A stretch of 64,000 nt of DNA. Source: a bacterium (GTDB taxonomy: Bacteria > UBA8248). The DNA is taken from the NCBI GenBank assembly GCA_965203325.1, contig OZ241875.1:3168001-3232000 (forward strand), read 5' to 3'. The notes below the pieces were generated by a model. It had not been told where the DNA came from. It ran no database searches and saw only the letters and a program-made list of their open reading frames with translations. Position 1 is the stretch's first letter; each line of letters opens with the position of its first letter. The translations under genes and the position numbers were made by a program. Shown piece after piece: positions 55,361 to 64,000 of the stretch.

Positions 55361-55810
55361 TCATTTCTTCTTCACGTTGCCGAAAATAAAGTCGCCGATG
55401 AGTTTCTCGATGTCAACCGGGGGTTCCGTCTCACGAATCCGTCCGCCGGGGGAGATGATTTTTTCCGACCCTCCCTGGCTCAAGCTCACGTATTTGTCAC
55501 CCAAGACGCCTTTCGTGCGAATGGAGGCGATGGAATCACGCGAGAGTTTGATGCTCTCATTGATGCGGAGCGTGATTCTCGCATCCTCCCCGTCGAGGGA
55601 GATTCCGCTCACCCGCCCGACGCGTACGCCCGCCATTTCGACCGAAGCGCCACTTCTCAAACCCGTGGCGGACGTGAAATTCGCCGAGACCTCATAGGTG
55701 CCGTCATCGAAAATATCCAAGCCGCCGAGGTTGATCGAAAGATAGGCGAGCGCGAGGATTCCCGCCAGAACGAATATGCCGACGCCGAATTCCACGTTTT
55801 TCCGGTACAA
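55361..55810 (-). CDS. mlaD: MlaD MCE-domain protein
   Basis: VGIFVL, F..A.GLRSGASVEMAGV.VG.V, IRTKGVLGDKYVSL; TTG start after a GAAGGA RBS. Confidence 0.9.
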   Translation of the reverse strand: MYRKNVEFGVGIFVLAGILALAYLSINLGGLDIFDDGTYEVSANFTSATGLRSGASVEMAGVRVGRVSGISLDGEDARITLRINESIKLSRDSIASIRTKGVLGDKYVSLSQGGSEKIISPGGRIRETEPPVDIEKLIGDFIFGNVKKK

Positions 55811-55824
55811 GGCTCGTTCCTTCT

Positions 55825-56613
55825 TCAAATGAGAATCGAGGTGAGGAAATAATCGCCCACCAGTATCAGGACGGAAGAGAGCACCACGGCCGAGGTGGTC
55901 GCCTTGCCCACTCCCTCGGCCCCGTGACCGCAATGATACCCTTTATAGCAGCAGACCCATGTGACGATCAGGCCGAAGACGATCGATTTCCATAAGCCTA
56001 CGTTGATATCGGCCATCTCGATCTTGTCCTGCATTTCTCCGAAAAAGGTGCCCGAACTCAAGCCCATCAACTCCACGCCCACGAGATAGGCCCCGAATAT
56101 GCCGATGAGGTCGCAAAGCGCCGTCAGCAGCGGGAATACTATCACGCCCGCGAGCAGGCGGGGAGAAACGAGGCGCTGCAGGGGGTTTACGGCCATACTC
56201 TTAAGAGCGTCCACTTGTTCTGTGATCTGCATGATGCCGATTTCGGCCGTCATGGCCGATCCCGCCCTGCCAGTGACGACGAGAGCTGTGAGCACGGGTC
56301 CGAGTTCACGGATGAGGCTGAAGGCGACGGCAGGGCCCAGAAAAGCTTCGGAGCCGAATTTCCTGAAAGCGTAAATGCCCTGCAGCGCCAGCACCATTCC
56401 TGTGAACAAGCCGCTCAGCAGGACGATGGAGAGCGAACCCGTGCCGATGATGTATATCTGGCGTATCAAGAGCGAGGGTCGCCAGGGAGGTGCGAAAATC
56501 CAACGCACGGATTCGAGCAGGAAGATCGCGGCGCTTCCCATGCCGGCGATGATCTCCATCGCGCGCCGGCCAAGTGTCCGGATGCCTTGTGTCACCATTG
56601 CCGTGGAACTCAT
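55825..56613 (-). CDS. mlaE: MlaE ABC permease
   Basis: RELGPVLTAL..GRAGSAMTAEIG.M..TEQVDAL and GAEGVGKATT. Confidence 0.93.
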   Translation of the reverse strand: MSSTAMVTQGIRTLGRRAMEIIAGMGSAAIFLLESVRWIFAPPWRPSLLIRQIYIIGTGSLSIVLLSGLFTGMVLALQGIYAFRKFGSEAFLGPAVAFSLIRELGPVLTALVVTGRAGSAMTAEIGIMQITEQVDALKSMAVNPLQRLVSPRLLAGVIVFPLLTALCDLIGIFGAYLVGVELMGLSSGTFFGEMQDKIEMADINVGLWKSIVFGLIVTWVCCYKGYHCGHGAEGVGKATTSAVVLSSVLILVGDYFLTSILI

Positions 56614-56795
56614 GGGGCTTGCCTTCTATTCCTTATCATGAGCGAGTATAGTGTCGTCATCGGTTGCGGGGCGGTTTCCACGAGCGATCTCGCGATTCGC
56701 AGGGCGGCGGAAGCAGGTCCCTAGTGTATCGTTTCTGAAGGATGGAGATCAACGCCGGCGCTGGCGCCGCATTCTTCTAAGGGTTTGTTTTTTAT

Positions 56796-57620
56796 ATGAA
56801 AAATACAGCACTCGGACCCCTTTCCAGATATATCGAATACGGTGTGCGCAACCATGCGGCGGATTTTGTGCAGATCACCCGCCTTTTCGTCGCAATTTAC
56901 GTGCCCGTATCCATGATCGCGCTCTCGGTGCATCCTTCGATCAAATCGCTGATGGAGCCCGAGGCGAACCTGATGCTGCTTTTCCCGCTGATGATCGCCT
57001 CCCAGCTTCTCTTGCGCATATTGCAGGTGTTCTTGTTCATTCTCCTGATACTGCGGGTTGAATCCGAGCGCACGGGCGATGGGGCCGTTTGGGACATCAC
57101 CGAGGCCGTGAATCGCCTGAAAGCCGTCGCGAAGGTGGACCTGGCTTATACCTTTGGTTTGCAGTTGCTGGGCGTCATCGGGTTTGCGGCGTCTTTGTTC
57201 ATATTCACTTTTATCTTCGGGGACTCACCCATCGGGCTTCCGTTCTCGTTCGCCGTCACGATTTTTCTCGTTCTCACGCCTGCGGTTCGGTATTATTTCT
57301 GCACCCTGACCGCATTGTTGTATGGGGATGACTTTGCCCAGGCATTCCGTCGCGCCGGGATGATATCGAGTGGAGGCGAGAGGACCATCGTTGTTCTGGC
57401 GATGGTCTATCTACTGGCCTGGTTCATACTCTGGCAGGTGATACAGGGGATATTCGGCGGAGGTCTCTTCGGGCAGGTCCTGTTGCAGACGGGGGTGATG
57501 GTGACTTCGATCTCCTACTATCTGGCGGGATATCTCTTGTTTTCGGATCTCTGCCAGGCGGCGAGCGAGAGGCGCATGGATGAAACGAAGGAAATTCCCG
57601 AAGACGCGGGCGACGCCTAG
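56796..57620 (+). CDS. Hypothetical multi-pass membrane protein
   Basis: About six hydrophobic segments. Confidence 0.65.
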   Translation: MKNTALGPLSRYIEYGVRNHAADFVQITRLFVAIYVPVSMIALSVHPSIKSLMEPEANLMLLFPLMIASQLLLRILQVFLFILLILRVESERTGDGAVWDITEAVNRLKAVAKVDLAYTFGLQLLGVIGFAASLFIFTFIFGDSPIGLPFSFAVTIFLVLTPAVRYYFCTLTALLYGDDFAQAFRRAGMISSGGERTIVVLAMVYLLAWFILWQVIQGIFGGGLFGQVLLQTGVMVTSISYYLAGYLLFSDLCQAASERRMDETKEIPEDAGDA

Positions 57621-57629
57621 CGCAAGTTC

Positions 57630-58412
57630 CTACAAGAGGACATCGAAACTCAGCCCGTCATAGGCGAGCTCGACTCCGCTGGGCAGGCTCCGGTTCGTTT
57701 CGTAGTATTCCAGCTCGAAATTGGTGTGGGTGAAATACGTTTGCTCGGGTTTGAGTTCCTCGACGATTTCGAGCGCCTCGGCGACTGTGAAGTGTGAGGG
57801 ATGCTCCCGGTGGCGCAGGGCGTCCAGGATGAGGATGCGTACTCCTTTCAGGATTTCCATGGATTTTTCCGGAATGGCGTTGCAGTCCGTGGCGTAGGCG
57901 AAATCCCCCACCCGCAAGCCCATTACTTTCATCCCGGCGTGTTCGAGTTCGAAGGGGATGACTTTCATGCCGGCCACCCCGAAAGGGGAGTCTCCGATCT
58001 CCGCTAGCGTGAGTTGCGGCTTGAAGCCGCTGTAGTCTTTCGCGTGATTGAAAATGTAGCTGAAATTCTGGCGGAGTATCTTCACCGTATTGGGATAGGC
58101 GTAACAGGGAATCGGTTTTCCCATCAGGAAATTAAAGGCGCGCAAGTCGTCGATGCCGTGCGTATGGTCCGCGTGATAGTGCGTGTAGACCACGGCGTCC
58201 ACACGGGCGATCTCGTGTCTGAGGGCCTGCTCGCGCAGATCGGGGCCCGTATCGACCAGCAGGTTTCGCCCATTGTGCTCGATGACGATGCTCGGACGCA
58301 GCCGCTTGTTCCTGGGGTCATCCGAAAGACACGCGGCGGTAGTGCACCCGATGGAAGGAACGCCGGTGGAAGTGCCGCAGCCGAGAACGGTGACCCGAGC
58401 GCTCGAGTTCAT
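57630..58412 (-). CDS. MBL-fold metallohydrolase, PhnP-like
   Basis: LGCGTSTGVP, THYHADHTHGIDDLR, YATD, HPSH, LAYDG. Confidence 0.9.
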   Translation of the reverse strand: MNSSARVTVLGCGTSTGVPSIGCTTAACLSDDPRNKRLRPSIVIEHNGRNLLVDTGPDLREQALRHEIARVDAVVYTHYHADHTHGIDDLRAFNFLMGKPIPCYAYPNTVKILRQNFSYIFNHAKDYSGFKPQLTLAEIGDSPFGVAGMKVIPFELEHAGMKVMGLRVGDFAYATDCNAIPEKSMEILKGVRILILDALRHREHPSHFTVAEALEIVEELKPEQTYFTHTNFELEYYETNRSLPSGVELAYDGLSFDVLL

Positions 58413-59443
58413 CTCACCGAATCCGCCAGAACCTGAGCGGCGGTTTCCACGTCTTTCCTCGAGACGTCCAGGTGGGTGACGGCGCGGAGCATCTTCGAGT
58501 TCGGAACGGAGAAGGCGACGCCTTTTTCCATCATCGACTCGTTGATTTGGTGCGCTGTTTTGCCGCTTTCCGAGACATCCAGGAACACGAGATTGGTGGG
58601 CGTGGTGTCATGGACGGGCCGGACGCCCGGAACCCCGGCGGTGAGCTCCGAGAATAACTGGGCGTTGGCGTGGTCATCCGCCAGGCGTTCCACATGATGC
58701 TCCAGGGCGTAGAGTCCCGCAGCGGCGAGAACCCCCGCCTGACGCCAGCCGCCGCCCCACATTTTCCAGTAGCGGCGCGCTTCCTGAATGAACGCTTCTT
58801 TCCCTAGCAAGATGGAGCCTACCGGGCAGCCCAATCCCTTGGAGAAGCAAAAGCATATCGAGTCACAGCGCTTCGCCCATTCTTTTGGGGGGATGCCGGA
58901 GGCGACGATGGCGTTGAAAATGCGGGCGCCGTCGATGTGAAGGGGGATATTCTGCTCTTTCGAAAAAGCGCGTAGCTCGTCAAGTTTTTCGAGGGGGAAC
59001 ACGTGGCCACCGCCCTGGTTGTGCGTGTTTTCCACCCAGAGCAGGGCGCTTTTCGGGTACCCGCTCTTGGGGCGAAGCCATTTCTCGGCGTCTTCGCGGG
59101 CGTATACACCGCGTTTCGCCGAGAGCAGGGCGAATTGAACCCCCGATAAGAATGGCCCCGCGCCCAGTTCGTTCCGAAAGGGGTGGCAATGGGAATCGGC
59201 GATGATCTCATCGCCCGGGTTCGTGTGGACCTTGATGGCCAGTTGATTGGCCAGTGTGCCCGATGAGGCGAAAAGGCCGTCTTCCATGCCGAAGAGGGCG
59301 GTCGCCTTTTCGATGAGCTCGTTGACGCTCGGGTCCTCTCTGAGGGTCTCGTCGCCGACCTGTGCCTCGGCGATGGCTTGGCGCATCGCTTTCGTGGGGC
59401 GCGTTGCGGTGTCGCTTCTCATGTCGATGAAATGACGGGACAA
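58409..59443 (-). CDS. ltaE: Low-specificity L-threonine aldolase
   Basis: DMRSDT, SGTLANQ, ENTHN, HIDGARIFNA, CFSKGLGCPVGS, GGGWRQAG. Confidence 0.9.
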   Translation of the reverse strand: MSRHFIDMRSDTATRPTKAMRQAIAEAQVGDETLREDPSVNELIEKATALFGMEDGLFASSGTLANQLAIKVHTNPGDEIIADSHCHPFRNELGAGPFLSGVQFALLSAKRGVYAREDAEKWLRPKSGYPKSALLWVENTHNQGGGHVFPLEKLDELRAFSKEQNIPLHIDGARIFNAIVASGIPPKEWAKRCDSICFCFSKGLGCPVGSILLGKEAFIQEARRYWKMWGGGWRQAGVLAAAGLYALEHHVERLADDHANAQLFSELTAGVPGVRPVHDTTPTNLVFLDVSESGKTAHQINESMMEKGVAFSVPNSKMLRAVTHLDVSRKDVETAAQVLADSVR

Positions 59444-59620
59444 AGAATAACCCCCCCGGCTTCCGGCCCCCGTCTCCGGGAGTCGGGTTTTAAGCACTCG
59501 GTTTGTTGTAATCTACTTGATGGAGAATATATTTGCATAATCGCAAGTGATTTGCCAAATTATCGCCCTGTCATTTTTGGGCTTTCACAATCCTCATGCA
59601 CGCCGAGAGATTACACGGAT

Positions 59621-60754
59621 ATGCGAAATACCGGTGGAAATCCTGTCTTCGAGGATGATTTCCTCAGGCGCGCGAGGTCGTACCAGATGCGCCGCCTGTA
59701 TGTAGGATTAACGTCCTCCGCTCTGGAATGTGGCGTCTTGCTCGCGTTTTTGTTCTGGTATCTGGGTGCAGGGGCCGGGAAGCCTGCGGACGGCGCGTTC
59801 GTGAGTGGATTCGCTATTTTTTCATTTGTTGCCCTTGCGAAAACACTGGTTTCTCTACCCTTTGATTTCTACGGCGGCTACGTGCTCGCCCACCGGGAAA
59901 ATTTATCGAACCAATCGCTGGCCGGTTGGATATGGGACAGATGCAAGGGATTGGCGCTTCTTTTGTTGTTGGGCGGGTCGGCCAGCGGTGTTTTCTTGAT
60001 GATCATGACCGCTTGGCCGGCCGATTGGTGGTGGATAGCCGCGCTTGCTTCGGTTTTGTTGGTGGTTTTCATCTCCCTCATCGCTCCCGTACTGCTGGCG
60101 CCCATCTTCTTCCGCTTCAAGCCCCTGGAGGATGAGAAGCTCAAGGGGCGACTCCTCGCCTTGCTGGAGAGAACGAAGGCGAGAGTGTACGGCGGGGTGT
60201 GGGAAATGGATATGAGTTCCAAGAGCAAGACGGCGAACGCCGCCCTTGTCGGCTGGGGGCCGTCCCGGCGGGTGGTGCTCTCCGATACCCTGCTTGATTT
60301 TACGCCCGATGAGATCGAAGCGATCCTCGCCCATGAAATTGCGCATCACGTGGGTCGCCACATCCCGGCCCTCATCGCGATGAAAAGCGCTATGCTGGTC
60401 TTCGGGGTGTATTTCTCGCACTACGCGATGGAATGGCTGGGGGATTGGGTGGACCCCGCTCTGGTGCAGCCCGGAGAGCCCGCTTGCGTCGTGGTTTTAT
60501 GGGTCGTTCTGAGTCTCCTGGGAGCGGTCGTATCTCCTGTGGTTCTCGTGATTTCGCGCGCTTTTGAATACAGCTGCGATCGCTATTCCACCGAATACGC
60601 CGAGGCGAGGGGCGGTTTGTCTTCCGCCCTCGTCAAGTTGTGCAAACAAAACCTGACGGACCCCGACCCGCCCGGCTGGGTGGTCGCTCTCTTTCATTCG
60701 CACCCCTCGGTTTACGATCGCTTGGCCAGAATCGAATCCTGGGAGAAAGCCTAG
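59621..60754 (+). CDS. M48 (Ste24/CAAX-like) metallopeptidase
   Basis: ANAALVG, AHEIAH (HExxH), EYSCD, HSHP; N-terminal TM helices. Confidence 0.9.
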   Translation: MRNTGGNPVFEDDFLRRARSYQMRRLYVGLTSSALECGVLLAFLFWYLGAGAGKPADGAFVSGFAIFSFVALAKTLVSLPFDFYGGYVLAHRENLSNQSLAGWIWDRCKGLALLLLLGGSASGVFLMIMTAWPADWWWIAALASVLLVVFISLIAPVLLAPIFFRFKPLEDEKLKGRLLALLERTKARVYGGVWEMDMSSKSKTANAALVGWGPSRRVVLSDTLLDFTPDEIEAILAHEIAHHVGRHIPALIAMKSAMLVFGVYFSHYAMEWLGDWVDPALVQPGEPACVVVLWVVLSLLGAVVSPVVLVISRAFEYSCDRYSTEYAEARGGLSSALVKLCKQNLTDPDPPGWVVALFHSHPSVYDRLARIESWEKA

Positions 60755-60767
60755 GCGATATTTTGGG

Positions 60768-61634
60768 TTAGCGCGTTTTGTGTGTTTTCCTGATGAAGGG
60801 GATAACCCACTTCGCGATGTTCGGATGCGTGAGTGATTCGAGCGGGCCCTGGTTTTTTATTCTCTGCAGTTCCGCACTCCCGCCTTTTGCCTCGATGGCT
60901 CTTAGAAAAGCCTCGGCGCCGCCGAGCGGGTAGGGTCCTCCCTGGCTGTGGAGGAGCAATACCGCGGCCTTGATCTTGCCCGCCACACGGATGGGGGAGC
61001 GCACTCGATATGCTTCCTGATTTGGAGTGGACATACCGCCGAGCAGCGCGCGTATTCTGTTCTTCCGTTTTTGGGGCAAGAACGCGTAGGCTTTCTCCAG
61101 GTCATAAAATCCGTTCTCAAGAATGAGACCCGAAATGTTCGCGCTTCTCGCAGCCGCGAGGGCGGCGGTAGAAGCGCCTTGTCCGATCCCGTAGACGAAA
61201 ACACCGTCTTTTCTGGCGTTCTCCCTGGTACTTAGATAACGGACCGCGCCCAGGGCGGCCTCCACGCTTCTGTATCCTGCGAAATCTTCCGGCCCGGTGG
61301 ATGCGCCGAAGCCGGGCAGCGAGATGCTCATCAGGATGAGACCGTCGCGTACGTGAGCCAGCATGGCGCGTCGGAATCGTTGGGCCCGTGCGTCCGCCCC
61401 GTGTAAGAGGAGAATTGCCGGATGGCGTACTTGTGGAGAATGCCCTCTGGCAGGTGGCCATACAGCATAAGCCTCCACGCGCCCCCAGGGAAATTCCATA
61501 AACCATTCCCGTATCACATCGCCCCGGGTTGTTTTCGTCTCATGGTCCGCAACGCATCCGGCGAGTAAAAATGTTGAAACGAGAAGAAAAAATACGCCGT
61601 GAAGGATATTTTTCGAAATGTTTTTCAAGATCAC
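60768..61634 (-). CDS. Alpha/beta-hydrolase-fold lipoprotein, probably catalytically inactive
   Basis: Lipobox LLAGC; LLLHG; PGFGASTG. The nucleophile elbow reads GIGQG rather than GxSxG. Confidence 0.7.
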   Translation of the reverse strand: MILKNISKNILHGVFFLLVSTFLLAGCVADHETKTTRGDVIREWFMEFPWGRVEAYAVWPPARGHSPQVRHPAILLLHGADARAQRFRRAMLAHVRDGLILMSISLPGFGASTGPEDFAGYRSVEAALGAVRYLSTRENARKDGVFVYGIGQGASTAALAAARSANISGLILENGFYDLEKAYAFLPQKRKNRIRALLGGMSTPNQEAYRVRSPIRVAGKIKAAVLLLHSQGGPYPLGGAEAFLRAIEAKGGSAELQRIKNQGPLESLTHPNIAKWVIPFIRKTHKTR

Positions 61635-61766
61635 GGCCAGTCCTTTTCACCATTTGACAAGTTGTGGACCTGGATTTACGCCCATCAGGGATGAATGGAA
61701 AACATAAAAAATAACATCTTAACATACTGAAAAGGTGGTGCTAGACACATCAAAAAGAAAAAAGGG

Positions 61767-61795
61767 TTGCATTTTTCATATTTTCGTATTATATT
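61767..61795 (+). promoter_or_regulatory. sigma70-like promoter in an AT-rich intergenic region
   Basis: TTGCAT-17nt-TATATT with an upstream A-tract. Confidence 0.55.
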
Positions 61796-61952
61796 CGCTA
61801 TATTGGAGGGCAGAAAAATTCTCCATATCGCAACAATTTTTTAACATGATTTTCACACAAAATGTAGTGCAAAAATGTAAGAGAGGCACTATATATAGAT
61901 TATTGAACCATTCTCTCCCAAATCGGAGGAGAAGCAGGAAAGGAGGCCCGTC

Positions 61953-62174
61953 ATGGCGATAACAACTCAAAGACCCGGATACAAGACTCATGGGACGAGC
62001 CAGACCTCGAAGCGCATTCATCAAGCCTGCATGCGGAATCTCGCCCTCTATTTGCAAGGCCATATCTCTTATGAGGATTGGCGAAGCAGACAAGAGGAAC
62101 TCGAATCGAGACTTACGCCCGCGCCCGAACTTCCTTTCGAAGCATTGGAGCCCAAAACCCCCGAGGCCGCCTGA
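61953..62174 (+). CDS. Small hypothetical protein
   Basis: Strong AGGAGG RBS downstream of the promoter. Confidence 0.55.
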   Translation: MAITTQRPGYKTHGTSQTSKRIHQACMRNLALYLQGHISYEDWRSRQEELESRLTPAPELPFEALEPKTPEAA

Positions 62175-62578
62175 TTCCCTCCCTCGCCTGGGCGCAACGG
62201 TCCAGGCAAGCGCATCGCTTCTCCCTGATGCGCTTACGCCGCTTTCTCCGCTCGGTCCTGCCATCAGCGGGGCATCGCCCGTAGGCGGCATGAGGGATGG
62301 GGAGAATCCGGAAAACAATCGTCTTTGCCCATGTTTTCCGAACCATGGAGAGAAACCGCGTTCTCGTCATGCGGGCGGCACAGCGCAAGCGTTTGTAAAT
62401 CTTTATTTTTTACCTCTTGCGCTTATTGGGGGTATCTGGTAGGGTTCGGCGTCTTTTTCCACAACAGGTGTGGGTAAAAGGTTTGTGGGTATGCAAGACG
62501 AATGAAGATTCCCTTCCGAGAGACGCTCCATTCATCATTACATCCCCGAAGTTCAATCTCTTTTTTATGAGGAAGTGT

Positions 62579-62782
62579 ATGTCAACAGGTACAGTGAAGT
62601 GGTTCAACGATGCAAAAGGGTATGGTTTCATCACGCCCGAGGACGGTGGTGAGGATCTGTTCGTTCATCACTCGGCCATCCAGGCGGAGGGGTTCAAATC
62701 CTTGAGCGAAGACGACCAGGTTTCGTTCGAAGTCGCTCAGGGCCCGAAAGGGCTTCAGGCGCAAAACGTCGTCAAGCTCTAG
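62579..62782 (+). CDS. Cold-shock protein (CspA family)
   Basis: [37 protein letters not shown]. Confidence 0.97.
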   Translation: MSTGTVKWFNDAKGYGFITPEDGGEDLFVHHSAIQAEGFKSLSEDDQVSFEVAQGPKGLQAQNVVKL

Positions 62783-62802
62783 CGCACCAATCAGCGCTTC
62801 AT

Positions 62803-62837
62803 AAAAGTGGTGGCCGGCTTCCGGCCACCACTTTTTT
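62803..62837 (+). terminator. Intrinsic terminator after csp
   Basis: AAAAGTGGTGGCCGG-ctt-CCGGCCACCACTTTTTT. Confidence 0.9.
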
Positions 62838-62910
62838 CGTCTCGGACTTTCCCATCTTCTCTCTCCCAAGGTAATCTGCGCCTCAGTTTTCTCGAACAGA
62901 GGATTTTCCC

Positions 62911-64000
62911 ATGAAGCGTCCTGCGCTCGAAATGAGAAGAAACATCGGCATCATCTCCCACATCGACGCCGGAAAGACGACGACCACCGAGCGCATGCTG
63001 TTCTGCTCGGGGGCCGTGCACCGGATCGGCGAAGTGGATGAGGGCTCGGCCACAATGGACTGGATGAGCCAGGAGCGCGAGCGCGGCATCACCATCACCT
63101 CGGCGGCCATCACCACCACCTGGGCGGATCATGAGATCACCATCATCGATACCCCCGGACACGTGGATTTCACCATTGAGGTCGAGAGGAGCCTGCGCGT
63201 GCTTGATGGCGCCGTCGCGATTTTCAGTGCGGTGGAAGGCGTCGAGCCGCAGAGCGAGGCCGTTTGGCGGCAGGCGGACAAGTTCGCCGTGCCCCGGCTC
63301 GCCTTCATCAACAAGCTGGATCGACTGGGTGCGGATTTCGAGCGAACCGTCGAGATGATGGTCGAAAAATTAGGGGCCAGACCCGTGCTCATGCACTGGC
63401 CAGACGGAGAGGGTGAGGATTATACGGGTCAGGTGGAAGTTCTGAGCGGGGATTTTCTCACCTGGGAAGGCGGAGAACCCCACCGGAGCGGACTAAGCGG
63501 TGTGCTCAAGGAAAGAGCGCAGGAGTTGAGGGAAGCTCTCATCGAAGCCGTGGCGGATCACGACGAGTCGGTCATGGAAGCGTATCTGGAAGGAAGGGCC
63601 ATTGATGCCGAAGCGCTTAAGGCGGGTTTGCGGAGCGCCGTGCTCGCAGGTGAACTCGTGCCCGTTTTTTGCGGCTCATCCCTGAAGAACAAAGGGGTGC
63701 AGCCCTTGCTGGACGCCGTGGTGGATTATCTGCCCTCTCCGGTGGACGCGCCGCCCGCAAGCGGTTTCGCTCCGGGCGAGGACGAGCCCATCACCCGTTC
63801 TCCCCTAGAGGATGTGCCTTTTTCGGCCTTGGTTTTCAAGGTGCAAATCGATGGGGGGAGACGGCTCACCTACCTGCGGGTGTATAGCGGCGCGGCCAGG
63901 GTGGGCGAAAGCTTGTGGAATCCAGCAAGAGGAGATGGTGAGCGCTTCGCCCGGCTTTTCAGGATGTATTCCCACAAGCGCGAGCGCATCGACGCCGTGG
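62911..64000 (+). CDS. fusA: Elongation factor G (partial, runs off the window; not in a str operon)
   Basis: Manual translation: RNIGIISHIDAGKTTTTER, MDWMSQERERGITI, IDTPGHVDF, GVEPQSE, NKLDR, GSSLKNKGVQPLLDAVVDYLPSP. Confidence 0.9.
   Translation, partial: MKRPALEMRRNIGIISHIDAGKTTTTERMLFCSGAVHRIGEVDEGSATMDWMSQERERGITITSAAITTTWADHEITIIDTPGHVDFTIEVERSLRVLDGAVAIFSAVEGVEPQSEAVWRQADKFAVPRLAFINKLDRLGADFERTVEMMVEKLGARPVLMHWPDGEGEDYTGQVEVLSGDFLTWEGGEPHRSGLSGVLKERAQELREALIEAVADHDESVMEAYLEGRAIDAEALKAGLRSAVLAGELVPVFCGSSLKNKGVQPLLDAVVDYLPSPVDAPPASGFAPGEDEPITRSPLEDVPFSALVFKVQIDGGRRLTYLRVYSGAARVGESLWNPARGDGERFARLFRMYSHKRERIDAV

Overview
GC-rich bacterial chromosomal window. The right half (about 28.8-64 kb) is mostly core genes: metH, tRNA-Leu-tig-clpP-clpX, tRNA-Val-thrS-infC-rpmI-rplT-pheS-pheT, zapB-zapA-6S RNA-ygfA-rny-ymdB, methylmalonyl-CoA mutase, alaS, mlaCDE, csp and an EF-G. 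The left half (1-28.8 kb) is accessory: transporters, toxin/defence-like modules, catabolic enzymes and many non-autonomous palindromic elements (MITE/REP-like). The best candidate for an undescribed system is at 9.7-12.0 kb, where an RNase H-like DUF3800 gene is bracketed by two 87-bp near-identical structured RNA candidates. Each has its own minus-strand sigma70-type promoter, a GNRA-capped hairpin and a U-tract, and the two copies differ by a compensatory base-pair change. One copy sits directly 5' of a HEPN (RxxxxH) gene, and a 30-bp promoter motif repeated three times delimits the modules. Other notable items are a deiodinase-like selenoprotein split at an in-frame UGA with a SECIS-like hairpin, an RbsA-type ABC ATPase with a multi-TM insertion inside NBD2, an oversized TRAP permease, an inverted-repeat-bounded low-GC cassette of small orphan genes, and a small membrane ORF between rpmI and rplT. 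All calls come from reading motifs by eye; no database searches were run.
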